The notes under the pieces: generated by a model | The model's database searches: none | What the model was told of the DNA's origin: nothing | The model's input: the letters and a program-made list of their open reading frames with translations, nothing else | Source: Ruditapes philippinarum | Lineage: Eukaryota | Direction: 5' to 3' | Assembly: GCF_026571515.1 (NCBI RefSeq) | Contig: NW_026853814.1 | Coordinates: 1 to 64,000 of the forward strand | Length of the DNA stretch: 64,000 nucleotides | Part shown: one piece after another, positions 1-13,800 of the stretch | Numbering within the stretch: position 1 is the stretch's first letter | How the letters are laid out: every line of letters begins with the position of its first letter | Made by a program: the position numbers and the translations under genes

Positions 1-699
1 TTCAAAAAATTTATCTACAAAATTAAATTTAGGAGAAAAATTTTAAAGGGGGCCACAAATTATTTAAAACCCCCTTGAAAAAAATTGAAAATGAACAACT
101 GAAAAATAGCATTTTCCACCCTATACTTTTCCCGGCTTTAAAACCTTTTGTTAAGATATTTTTTTTTTAAAGGGGAACTGTAAAAACCAATGAAATGTAA
201 AATATTTTTTGAAAACTTCACGTTGAGAAAACTTTTTTTGAAAGGTACATTTTAATATATTGGACAATAATTTAAAATGAACAAAAAAACGAGGGGAAAA
301 ATAGCCAAAAAATATCCCTTTATAAAAAAATACCTTTTTTTTCGTTTTTTTTAGATTCTTTTCACTTATAAACGGGAAAACTTGAAAAATTTAAAATACT
401 AGTTTTTGGTTTTTTTGAGAATTTCCTAACCCCGAAAAAGCCCAAATTTGGTATATGTTATCATGACCACGGGTACAATTAGAGTATGTTTAAATTTAAA
501 ATACGAGAATGGGTCAATATGTAATGCAATATAATTGTATTTCTAATTTACCTCATATTTGCTTAATATTTTGTAAACTATCTATGCTTAAAACATCTGC
601 TTTCAAATGATATCAGAAAAAAAGATGAATCATTTAAATTTTTTTACAATGGTAAACCTGGCTTAATGTTGCTTGGTAATGTATGCAGGTGTTTTAACA

Positions 700-1430
700 C
701 TTAACATTGGTTAATCCGTGTAATGGCCTTTGTTAAAGGACGTTCAATTATAAATATCGAAAAGGTAAAGGAATTCCGCTTCCAGCAAGGTAAGGATGGG
801 GAATTCCCGAGGGTGCTTGAAAAGCATTGCTTTCAAATAATACCATAATCATGGGGGTTTAAAGTCAACTCATTAGGGAATTTTGGATATTAAAAATATT
901 TTCATATCTAAAATCACCTTTCACAACTAATTTCATGTAAAATATAGCTGGTAAACTCTTTGTAACTTAGTTGTTGAATACCGGACTTACATAAAATGAG
1001 CAAAACTAGAAAACTCTGCAATTAATGTTTTAAAAGACCTGTATTTTCTGCATGACAACGATCCCGGGGCACACTTTAAAGAGCTTTTGTATTTTTCCCC
1101 CCTTGGCGACTATCCTTTATCATTAGACGTGTTCTCCCAGACTTCTCACCGTGTGACCTAGCCCTCTTTCCTAGAATAACATAAAACATCCGGGAAGTCA
1201 TTTGATACAAACCATAAGAAATAGACCTTCGGTCGCTATGTTTTATCTATTGAAAAATGTATACAGAAGAAGGACTATGTCCTATGCATTTAAAAAATGG
1301 ACTTAACGTCTGTTTTAGCTCTGTAGGTTAAAGATTTTTTCCGAAGGATTGAAAAGAAAAATTCGTAAAATATTCCTCTTTGTTTTTTTTGATTGCCATA
1401 TAATGCATTACCAAATTAACCTCCGCGGTA
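700..1430 (+). mobile_element. Highly degraded mariner transposase remnant
   Basis: Broken motifs LHDNDP and PDFSPCDLALFPR (compare LHDNAP / SPDLAPCDFFLFP); resembles the 16-kb copy. Confidence 0.55.
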
Positions 1431-1959
1431 TCATTTTGCTTATCGTTGGTTTAACAAACTCGAGGGGCGATTCTCTAATTGCAAGTTATTTTTATTAGAT
1501 TTAAATGATTCATCTTTAGTTTCTTGGGTACATTTGGGAATTTGCTAAGATGCTTTTAAGGAAAGCATTTTTTACAGAAAACATTTAAAAACCTTCGCGA
1601 GGGTTAAAATTAGAAAAATTTTTATTTTTGCATTTATATATTGACCCTTCTTCGTAATTTCAATTGTAAATTCACAAATTAAAATACTTTCAAACATTCT
1701 GGTTTATGTACCCATGGTTTGAATAAAATATGAAAGCTCAGAAACTTTTCAAACGCTTTCAAACTAGCAATAGAAATTAAAATGGGTAAACTAAATGAAC
1801 AGACAATCATATGTGAAAAATAAAATGAACGAAAAGAAGTTTGTCCGTCTAACAAATATTTGAAGGATATCTATTGGCTATTGCCCCGTCTTTTTTGTGC
1901 TTGAGTTAGAATTAACCAATTTACAGGAATAATGATCAACATCACTAAATTACAGAAAT

Positions 1960-2318
1960 AATGATTCACATCACTGTGAAGCTATGCACCTGGGACTTTG
2001 CAATGTGGATTTTTTCAGTTTTGTTAGAGTTATTGCCCTTGACTTACAGTAGTATAAATTTTCAAATTTTCAACTTGTTCATGCATAGCTCAAAAAAGTA
2101 TTTCTCTTGTAGGCCTGAAAGTTTACATAGAATGTTGGTCAGCATGTGTACTTGTGCACCTTGGGGTTTGCTTGTGGATTTATTCAGGATTTGTAAAGTT
2201 CATGCCGTTTACTTAGTAAAAGTTTTTTAGTTTCAAAAATATTTGACCTAGAGTCATAAGACTGACAGAAACAGTGGCGAGTTGGGGGCACCCGTGTCCT
2301 ATGGACACATTTCTAGTT
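1960..2318 (+). mobile_element. 3' part of a Helentron/HINE-type non-autonomous element
   Basis: Ends GGGGGCACCC-GTGTCC TAT GGACAC (hairpin)-ATTTCTAGTT, the same terminal architecture as the other HINEs here. Confidence 0.6.
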
Positions 2319-3574
2319 TTTTTATTTGGGGGTTTTTTGTTAATTTTATTTATTAGATGTATTTTGCAAGTATAACAGTTTATTGACAAAGCAGTATCTC
2401 AAAGGGATTGCAATGAGTATTGACATGGGTATTTTACAATACATCTTTTACAAAATAGTACCTAAAGAGAAATATAAAAGCAGCAAAACGCACCTAATTA
2501 CAGGAGGGAAACTGGTCAAGTGTTTTCATTTGTTTATTTCCAATTTTTTGTCAGGCTGGTAAAATTAATCATACCCAATATTCTCTTCTAAATAATTGTA
2601 GACGATTTTATGACTTTATGCACATAAATTGCTGTTGTTAATGTAAAAAGGTGAGATTCTAATTTGTTATTAATGTGTCTAGCTCAGCAAGACGTATATA
2701 CAATATGAAATGAATGATTACAACTGGAGTGAAAATTCTCCACAGAGAATTTAAACTTGATTTATACTTATATTGGCAATGTGTTTCTTGTATAATTGTT
2801 TGATTTCAGGACGTTCGTTAAAATGCTTGAAATAGGTATGACTTCCTATCATGTGCATTTGTTTTAAGTTGTTTTATTTTCATAAACCACTCAGTTCGAA
2901 ACTATAAAGGTCTATCATGATATTTATTACTACTGTAAAAGAATGATTTACGACAAATGTTAAATTTATCATAATTACAGATACGTATAATACTTAACAA
3001 CCACCTTTCCTTTAATTTGGCATATTTATTTAATCAGCATGCGTCTGTTGTAATTAAATGTTTTTAAGTGTAACTTACCTAATATATTCGCTTAGAACTT
3101 AGACATGCAGAAACCACTGAAACCCTTTTCTCGAAATGTTCTAACAGTTGGCGGAATGAGATTTGAAATTTGTGGAGCTATCAAATATGATTAAAATGGA
3201 ATAACAAAAACCCTAAGAATGTATCTAATGCGGATGCTTTTGTAGAAATGTTTATTTTATGAACGATGTTTTAAATTTTGTGGTCAAGAGTATTATTAAA
3301 AGGTGCAACATATTTCATCCCCAGTATTGGCTTAAGTGATTTTGAAACCAGACACCATATTTTCACTTTCGTAATTTGCATCGTTATAATTATTTAGTAT
3401 TTTGTAAAGAAATATCACATTGTTTACGTTTTTGTTACATCTCCGTCAAATTATCCTACAGTCATCTTTCTTTTCTCAGCGCATGATAAAAAGCAGCATT
3501 TTTACATGCTTGTACCATGCTCTCATACATTAAATTATAATAGAAAAGTGTCGATTATATTTATTTGGTATTAA

Positions 3575-3924
3575 TAAGACTCCACTGAGGTGTTTTAGAC
3601 ATGATGGGACTGAAAATATTTTTTCCAGATAAATGATGTAGGTTTAGTCCACTAATCTTTGTGCAAAATTTCAGATCATTCGCGCACTTTTCGTTTTTCC
3701 AGAATAATCATTCAAATTGTAAAAAAAATGACCCAAAATGAAAAGCGTTTAAACGCTTTTCACTCAAATCGGGTTAAGAAAAACATAAAAATACGATTTT
3801 CAATTTATTACAAAGTATATTTCTTAACTGTATTTGCACATATTTCTGTTTGAAGTGCCCCAGCTCATTTACGTAAGAAATTCAAATGTTATGTTTTAGG
3901 CTTTTAAACCTCAGTGGAGTCCCT
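3575..3924. mobile_element. MITE, Kolobok-like (TTAA-flanked)
   Basis: Inverted repeats GACTCCACTGAGG (3578-3590) and CCTCAGTGGAGTC (3909-3921); TTAA outside both ends. Confidence 0.55.
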
Positions 3925-4201
3925 TTAAATTAAAGATACGAAACTAGTACATTAATTTCTTGATAAACGACGTCAGTACAAAATACTTATTATTGTAAAA
4001 TTACGCCAAATGAATGCCCACTGTAAATATCATTATGTTTCGGGAATGAACCATCACACTTAAGGTTATGTGGCGCCGAAAAGGGTAAAAGATATTTTGC
4101 CTAACCTTTGGAGTAACAAACTTAAAGCAACAAAAGGGGTCAAAACCTTCTCACCTGCTGGATCTAAAGGATGCATAGACTCCGATAATTCTAACCCATT
4201 T

Positions 4202-4482
4202 TGTTTGTTCGTTTGTTTGATTGGGTTTTACGTCACACCGACACATTATAGGTCATATGGCGCTGTTCCAGCTTTACTGGTGTAGAAAATCTCAGGTGCC
4301 CTTCCGTGCATTACTTCAGCTACGAACGGGCACCTGAGTAGAACCACCGACGTTCCGTAAGCTAGCTGGATAGCTTCCTCACATGAAGGAATCCAAAGTT
4401 CCTGTCGGTATTCGAACCCACAGCGGTGAAAGGCAATTGGTTTTGAAGTCAGCAACCTTAGCCACTTGGCCATGGACGCCCC
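4202..4482 (-). mobile_element. Full-length tRNA-derived SINE (family 1)
   Basis: A box TGGCCAAGTGG, B box GGTTCGAATACC, core GAAGCTATCCAGCTAGCTTACGG, (AAAC)n tail, and a 14-bp TSD ATTC(T/G)AACCCATTT at 4188-4201 and 4483-4496. Confidence 0.9.
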
Positions 4483-6060
4483 ATTCGAACCCATTTAGTC
4501 TTTCGATCAAGCACGATAAACGCTGGATGCAATTCTGGTGCCCCAACCCTTTAGAGCAACCCCTCAGCCACAATGGTTATTATGTTTTAGGGAGTGAGAG
4601 TGAATGATGTACTGACTAAATAAAATTAAAATGAAATTTTGCTACAATTGTATGCCTTAAAATCGGTAATTTAAAATACGCCTTGTTTGCTTGTTTTTCT
4701 GGAGGGGAGGGTTGGCATTCTACGATTTTTTTATCGTTAATGCACTACAAAGTTACATGATAACATCTAATAAAATAACATTAAGTACAACATATCATAA
4801 ATGCTAGAATCTTTACAACTAATGTTGAAATAAATGTTTTAGAGGAAAACGGAAGATTTTTTCCAAAAAAATCAGAGCCGTCTGGTATTCATTTCACCAT
4901 CTCCTTGTTTGATAATTAACAGAAAATATATATTGTATAACATAAGGAAATCGGGATATCAATTTCCACAACACGCACAAGAAAAAATATATAAACTAAC
5001 TGAAACATGGCAGATTATATGCACTTGTATTTACTGAAGATAAATATCCTTTGAAACAAAGCATGATGCATGTAAGCAGGTCTACATCAAAGATAATAAC
5101 AGGTAATTATTATCAAAATGAAACAAGGATGATTTGATTTTGACATTTCTGCTATCATTGATTCCTATTTTTAACGAAATACTATTCGTCAGAAACAATA
5201 TCCGCATTTCAAAATAATATTCTACGCACGCACTATCATTGTTAGCATATGCTTTAATGTGTATGTCTTCACGTAGGCAGGTGAAAATCAGAATCAATTC
5301 AAATCTTATTAATATATCCTTTTTTTTCATTTTCAGAATCCAACAGATCCCATATTGTACTTCATATATATAATATTATTGTGTTCATTGTTTTTGTGTA
5401 AAATTCTCAGTCAAATCCATATTGTACACAATGTAGCCACGTTTATATTTGTATTGTCTATAAAATCCATACCTAATAAATAAAAACTGTACTCTGTACT
5501 TTTCAAAATATACAGGACGTTGATGATATAATATACTTTCTTTAATGAAATATGTGTGTTTTTCCTTACAAACTTGTGGTAGCTAAGATTAAACTTAATA
5601 TGGTTCTTACAAAAACTGATTCTATTGGACTCGTACAATATACAGTAAAATAAAGGATTTACAGCTGTTAACCAGTGCAATAGAATTCAGTATTGTACTT
5701 TTACAGTGTATAATAACCGCATTATATCTCATGTTTGAGTATTGCAGTCTTTAATTGTATTTAAGTGATAATTATGTTATTTATTCATGTAACTGTACTG
5801 TAAAAAATATAAACGTGCCTCGCGATATAATATATTTTAATATAGCTTTCATGACAAACATAAAAATTACTTAAATTGTTTAGTAAGCCTATAAGCAATG
5901 ACATACTATGATATACTGAAGCCAATTTTTGGGCTTATGTGATTAAAAAAATGAATGAAAAATACACACTATAAAATGATGCGTCTTCATAAATATCAAC
6001 AAGATCAAGAAAAATGTAAATGATTCAATAAATAATGGAAATCATATTTGTGAAAAAATT

Positions 6061-6221
6061 NNNNNNNNNNNNNNNNNNNNNNNNNNNNNNNNNNNNNNNN
6101 NNNNNNNNNNNNNNNNNNNNNNNNNNNNNNNNNNNNNNNNNNNNNNNNNNNNNNNNNNNNNNNNNNNNNNNNNNNNNNNNNNNNNNNNNNNNNNNNNNNN
6201 NNNNNNNNNNNNNNNNNNNNN
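6061..6221. other. Assembly gap (N run)
   Basis: Run of N. Confidence 1.
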
Positions 6222-9200
6222 TTATTCTTATTATTTATTAGTATTATTGCTTTTATTATTATTAAAGTGGCTATCATTGCAATAACATAAATTCGTTTTT
6301 CTCCAGATGAACAGATTAGCAAAATGGAAACTACTTGAAAATTGTACCTGAGTACCCTGAAATGTATGTCACAATAATATTTTAATCATGACAGGTCAAT
6401 GTCAAAATGCAATAACTTTTTCGGATTTGATTCACCAAATTGCACTAAATGAGAAAGAAACTAAATGAAACTAAATGAAAACTGGTAAATAATTTTTCAA
6501 TGTGTAATAAATCTCACAATGAATTGTTTATTTTGTTGTTTTCCCCCTCATAAACATTTAGTGTTTTAAAAATAAAAGAAAACGGTTAATCAATACTTAA
6601 ATTGTTTGTTGTTAACCGACATTTCACAGATTTAATACATTTGTACGATCTATAAATAGAAATATTACAATATTTTAATATGCCAGTTATCTGAATTATA
6701 TTAACTTAACTTCTCTTAGGTTTTTTAATGATGTTGATGTACTGTGTATGTTCTTTTAAAGATTATCTTTCCATCGTTTATTTGCAATTTTGTTGTTTTC
6801 AATTTCAGTTGCTGTTCTGATGCGTTTTGATTCGTTAAGCATTTTATGCTTTGCACATGGATTGAATTATCGACCAAAAAACGACGAGTAATTGAATGGA
6901 TTACATTGTAAAAATACCAAAATGAACTTTCAAGAATGAGATGTTTAACAATATCACAATTCATGAGTACGTAAATAATACGTCACACCATATACAAAAT
7001 GCACGTATGAAATTAGATATGGCAAACAAGCTACGCAACATTCTAATATATCAATTTTTCCTTGAACAGAATGAGGTTGTCAATTTGTATGTATTTGTCT
7101 TTGAGTTGTTTCGATGTTTTCAATATAATTGATAAGTTGCTATTTTTTTATTACACCTGTTTTATGTAATAGTTTCTAATATCGAGATTGTATATTTATT
7201 GAATCTGATACATACTGTATACTAACAATTAAAATTGAATATTGCTTAAGCCCGGAAGGGAAGATATGCTTTACGTACATTTAACTTACATGAACAGGCC
7301 TCAGTCAAATCGAGTTGCAATTTTTGCGGGTTTTTCTTTATTTATTTTTTGTTGTTATTTAGATTAATTTTTTGGGATGTCTGTTATTGCAAAATTGGAA
7401 ATTCAGTGACGTATTGAACGACAAAAGTCACAATACTCGAATTAAGATAAATGACATTGGGTGATATACCCTAAGTACCTTTTAGTTAATAAATTGATTA
7501 AATAAATCAATTAATACGTCAATCAATCAATGACTGGTAGGTACAGGTCGGTAGGTAAATGGGCTGACAGGGAATGCCAGGCAGACAGATAGACAGAAAG
7601 GCAGACAGACAGACAGATAAATTGCTTTTATTGTCAAATATTCATTGTATTATTCAACATATTTCTTGTCATCCCACATGTAAATGTATGATCTTGTTTC
7701 AGTTTCCTTTCTTAATTTTTTTTCTTGATTTATTATTTCAGTGATTGTGATGACAATGATATATACCAATGTTCTCAATAAGACAGAAGTCAGATATTAG
7801 TTATATGTCAATGACATGAAACTGTTTACAAATACCAGTATTCAAACATAAGTAAAGTAACATTAACTTGATGGTAAATCTCAAAAAGCGCCATTTGGTG
7901 TTAATCAGCTTGATTCTATTTCTTCCGTAGTTTATTAATAGAGATATTGAGAAGTCATATTGCAATGTAAAGATTTTAATATTTTATTTTTTAAGCAGCC
8001 TTTTAGGTTATTGTATAGAAAAATATGATATCAAATGGTATAGACAAAAACCAATATTTTATTAAAAATATTTTTTCTTTCATACATTGGTGTCATATTT
8101 GCCAATGATAGCAAAATATATAACTGTCTATCTGTTGTCATCAATGTTCTTTGATCGCAATACCAACGCAGAGTTACTTGCTTTTATCATGTATTCTAAT
8201 GTAATAGTTTACCACTGTTTGAACTTTTATCCATTTCTTTGATGCTCGTTGTAAATATTGATAAGTATATTTATGTTTTCATGAAAACTACGCTACGCGT
8301 TTTCAAGTATTTATTGAGGTATTTACTTAGTATTACACCTTGTGTTACCAACCTTAAAATACTTTATTTGTAAGTTTCAATGTGTTTTCGTAACAAATGT
8401 ATATAATTAATCTATCATTTAATTGCTTTTAATAAAAAAAACTACACATTCATTTCTGAATATATTGAAAAGAGTAAAGATATTATATTTTTATAGCTGT
8501 ATTAAATTAAAGGCATGTTTCAAAAAATAACTGGTAGTTGTATCAGTGCATTATATGTTACGTTTACATTTAAATTTTCTTTTAAATTAAGTTTTAAAAA
8601 AGGATTATATTTCGAAAAGCCGTTGTAACAGTAGCTGAAAAGGAAAATAATTGGTTTGTTATTCATAGTTCAAAGACATTTTGTAACTGTTGCCGATAAT
8701 TTTTCTTTATTACTTTACACAAGAAACATTTTTGTTTTTTTATTCGTGGGAATATACTGCGCTTTGACAATGTTCTTTGCAAATATTATCTTTTAATTGA
8801 CAAGGCCTATGATAACATGATTCATTGACATCATTCAGTAATTGCGCATCATCAACATTAAAAAAACATTTGGAGTACTTCAAAAAGAAAATGTAAAAGA
8901 AAACGCTTTATGACCTGTTTCCGAAGATGTTCAAACAAAACATAAGGATGACTTTATAATGTTTAAATTACTAGTCTGAGAGTTCTCACCCGTTCTTCTG
9001 GGAAATAGTGAAACTTTATAACATGTATAACCTACATTTACAGCAAAGATTAATTACCGCATTTTAATAGGAATGAAAGTGAAATTGGATTATCCGGTTA
9101 TCAGACAGGTCATTAGACCTCTCCACCGTGTTGAGGATGAATGCTTGCAGCATCCATTTTGCCTATCGAATAACAGTTAATAAATCTCATTTAAAGCTTA

Positions 9201-10559
9201 AAATCATTAGAACCAGTCTACAAACATTGTTATGCGCACTCTACGCTTCAAAATACGACTTTTCTTAAACAAAAAAATAACATCAAGATTGACGAATCAG
9301 TAAAAGGAAAAATCAGAAAATAGCATTTACATGTACGTTGCATTTAACACTACGAACAGTGATTCATTCGGTTAATAATCCTTTCAATTCTTGTTAGCCA
9401 AATTTTTAAGCTGGTTATCTTTAACACATTTTGTTATTAAACAATTGAGTTACTAACAGTCTAGGTCATTGTTACAGCTCAGTTCTTTTTCAATATGATT
9501 ATTCCTCATTCCAAACAAGGTAAAGTCACGCAGCTAAATCGTCGCGCGCCAGTAAAGGTCGCTCCAAGGCATGCTAATATGGCAAAGTCGCGCAACAAGA
9601 AGTTGCGCAAAATTAGAGTACTATCTTTAGCTCTTCAGCATTTCACAAAATATCGGATTTTATGAATGAAATTCCTTACTGCTTTATCTATATACAGGTT
9701 ACTTGGTTCAAATATTGGGCTATTTTTTGTTTAGCTGGAAAAATGATTTTCCCAGCTTATTTTTCCGCTATTGAATTGTCAAACATAAATAAGTCTATCG
9801 ATCTTGTATTACATAAGTGGTACAAATGTATTTACTTTATGCAAGTTTGTGTTGCACTAATTTGCATTTATGAACAAATTGTTATGCTATCGAGTAAACT
9901 ATACATTTATGTATTTTTGTACTTATGTTTTTATTGCACAACAATCGACTTGTGCCTATTTTTAACATTGTTAAGGCGTGTCGGCCTACGGCCTTCGTGG
10001 TCAATTCCTACGCATCAAAACGACAAAACCGGTGATAAATAGCCGATATACACCTCTCAGGCCGATGTTATTTCTTAAACAACGCACTAAGAATTGATAT
10101 CTATTTCCTAAGTAAGTTCGTATTGCGAGTGCATATAAATTTTCAGTCATTATTAAATTGCAACTATTATTTAAGAAAATGATGCAATAGATTTTGCAAA
10201 TATGTTCAAAAGCATATGGAAATAGAAAAAAAAATTATTGTTTTTGAAGGTTTTTGTTATAGTTTTAGCAAATTTCGATATTAATTTTACAACATGTGCG
10301 GTTTTGACAATTTATGTTTCATATTTCTAACACAATTATTTCATTGGTAATGCATATAAATAAATTTTCATATTATCATAACCAGTAACATGGCATTGCA
10401 GGAAAAGAATTAGATACTATAAATATTCATACGGATAAAACGCCAATGAGATTTTCGAAACAAAGTTTACATGTCAGGCGGTATTCATGAAGCTGTTATA
10501 CAAGTTACGCAACTATAAGATGCCTTACAAGATGTCAACAATCGTCAAGCTAGTGGGAC

Positions 10560-10870
10560 GGAGGTGGATGTCATTAAATTAGTGTATTTCTATTGCAAGA
10601 CCTTTCCATCTTGTCGCTTACATAAATTTCTGGTTTTGATGCTTGAACAAGCCAAAACTAGATAGAGAGAAGGAGTCATTAAATTGAAATTTGGATTTTT
10701 ATTGCCAGACCTTCTCAGCTTGTCGCTTAAATAAATTTCTGGTTTTGATGCTGAAATATGAAAACATTAGATGGAGAGAGGTGGGGTCATTAAATTGAAA
10801 TTGGATTTTTCTTGCCAGACATTCTCATCTTGTCGCTGAAATAAATTTCTTGTTTTGATAGTGAAATTAC
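10560..10870. repeat. Three diverged tandem copies of an approximately 105-110 bp unit
   Basis: GTCATTAAATT...CTTGTCGCT...ATAAATTTCT.GTTTTGAT recurs at about 10570, 10675 and 10786. Confidence 0.85.
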
Positions 10871-13800
10871 GAAAAAAGGTTAAAATGTATTAACGTTAAC
10901 CATTCTTTCATATAAAACATGATTTTGCAATTGACAAATCAAACATTTAAAGTATGTCAGACATACCGAGCAATATCAATAGTTTTGTCATTACTTGACA
11001 TGCTTAGTTGGCGAATTAAAACACGTGAACGATTTATTTTTTAACTTTATTTTCTTTTTAGATGAAATGATTTATCCAGATTCCTAGTACTTAAAAATAA
11101 CAATCTTATAACAAACTAGGGCTTTCTCTACAATTTCGTTTTAAATTTTGTATCCTATCTATAAGCACATTTACCGAATTCTTAGCAAACAATGTGAATT
11201 GTTATGAACAGAAATATTTATTAATTGAACCAAAAATATAACATTCACTATGAGATGTAACAATAAATGACCTTTGTTAATATTTACGTTACAAATAAAA
11301 TGTGTCTTTTTCAAGTATTTATTGTTTTATCCTTAGTGAATGGAGACTTGTATATATTACCATGAATAATTTAAGCTGGCTAAAAGTAGACAAAGAAATG
11401 ATTGTATCATCACCGTAAAAACATTATAAAATGTAGAGTTTATATAACTTTTTATTTTGAAAGCCGAAGCAAATAAGTTGGTAAATATCACAGCAAAGCC
11501 TATGCAGAAAAAAGGCCTGAACTATTGAATAAGTAGTAAAAGCGCACTCTTTAGTTTAGTATTTAAAAATACGCATAAAAGATTATCATCAATTGCATTT
11601 TTGGTAAAACTCATCAGTAATAAATCGAATACAAAGTAAATTCTATGTTACATATATTTTAAATATAAAGACTGAATCAGATATAATACAAAAATGGGAT
11701 GCAAAACCTGTTCCGATTATCGGATGATATTGTGTCATTTCCATACGTAACGAAAACGTCAGTTCAATAACCGTCTGTCAACAGCAAGATATATTTATGA
11801 AGTCATACACTTATGAAATGTCGGATAATAAGGTAATGACCACCACGAACTGTCTAGCCACTTGTTAAATCTGTTTTTGATAGATATGAACTGAAAAACC
11901 TTTTGCCCTTTCTGAAAGACACTGTACTTAACATACTAGAACGATTGCAGGTTATTGCAACTAATACCATATGCAATACATTGAGATGGCAATTTTCATG
12001 ACTGTATAAATCTTATATTACATTTGAATGACAAACCAAACACGTTAAATATATTTGAAAAATGACTGTCAATTATTAAAGAAGCATTGATAAATTTTAT
12101 TTTATATATAATGTTTACAAATAACGAGACTACATTATTTAAAACCTTTACTTGATTGTCTTTTTTTCAATTCACTTACAAAAAAATAAATAATGAAAAT
12201 GACATGTTTTATGATATTTTGTTAATTAAATAGGTAATTACTAAATCATTTCTATTTTCCAGAAAAAAAAAGCCATTCATTAATACTTGTTTGACCTGAC
12301 ATTTACTATGCCAAGTTCAATGCACAACCTACACAGAATTAATTAATTTACTATAATAGTTACATTTTGTACAGACAATACATGCGTCTGGATACGCAAA
12401 CAAAACTAATTCTATCCGGCCTTGAGATAATAAATCAAACATCGAGGCTGATTGAAAAACTGCATCATAAGAACTCGCATGCTTCTACCAGTTTCAATAT
12501 ATATCGTATAATGGAATGTAATATATAACATAATGCTCCTTGTTTCATATAACTTCCTTACATCCGAAATCATTTAGTACAACTGAAATATCGTAATGAT
12601 AAACCTGGTTTAATTGTTGTCGGGTAATGTATGTATTTAACCCTTAACATGCTAATTTTTTGTAAAAGACTTGTCATAGACGTGCAAACAAGTCTGGCTC
12701 TATACTTATAGCAAAAGTTAATCAATTTCTGTTGGAGTAAGGTAAGAGTAAATTTGTTCAAAAATATTATCAATGCTTACAAATGACATATCAATCAAAC
12801 AAACAAACATAGAATTTAAAATTTTGAAAGTATGACTTTCTCAAGTCAATTATTTTACTTTCTAGCTAAATTTGTAATTACATTTTTTTTTACCTTTTAT
12901 CCTCTTTTGAAACGCTATTACCGACATTACAGCGTATATTGCTTCTTCTAAGAGCAAATTTTGGTATAGATATTGTCATAGACCGTGTTAACATGATAAT
13001 TTTAAACAACTATATCGCTATGAGGTAATTGGTCCGTATTGTGCAATTCCTAGAGATAAGACATTTTATGATGTCTACATATTAAAACAAAGCTTAATAA
13101 GCCCTGTTCTGCTTTTGTAACATCGTGCATCTCCATTAACAAACCACAACACATAAGTATATGAATTTAAATGAAATTGTACATAAATCAAGCAAGGATT
13201 AATCATACAAGACAAACATAAAAGCAACACAATCATAAGAATTCTCATAAGTAATTGAGTTTCTATTACACAAATATCTGGCATATTATCATCTAAAGCC
13301 TGAAAGTAATTGTAATAATAGTTTTATAGCTCGTTCATTTTGTACGTATGCGTGAAAATCTCTTTAAACTAGGTAGGAAAATGAAAAGTTTAAAATGATT
13401 GACCTCTTCCTGTTGAGAAACAAAATATATTAATATTAGGTTCATTTAACAAACAGATAAGAGAACGCTCAATGTAAAAGTAGTCATTTTTAATGTTTTC
13501 GTCGGCATTTCAAAATCATTTCGCTAAATCTTTGATATCAGAAAAAGGTGAAAGCGTTTTGAAAAATGAAATTGTCCAAACTACTAAATGTGTGATGTGT
13601 GATCATCATTGTAGCATGTATTTATTCTTTAATAAATAAAACGATTTCAATGAAAAACTATTTTTACATTTATTGCAAAAATCAATGAATCATCTGGGAA
13701 AAGATGTATGTAATTGCAGTGGTACAAATATGTAAGGTAGTTAAACTAAAAATATTGTAAATATAATATCTGATAATACAAACCTAAGAATTGTTTTAGA

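Noticed and set aside
4400-4482. tRNA genes at SINE heads (also 21175, 31036, 45050, 57310)
   Set aside because: The A and B boxes continue into a shared SINE body and tail, with TSDs in the intact copies; they are SINE heads, not tRNA genes.
6005-6322. ORFs spanning 6005-6322 and 6035-6241
   Set aside because: Artefacts of the N gap.
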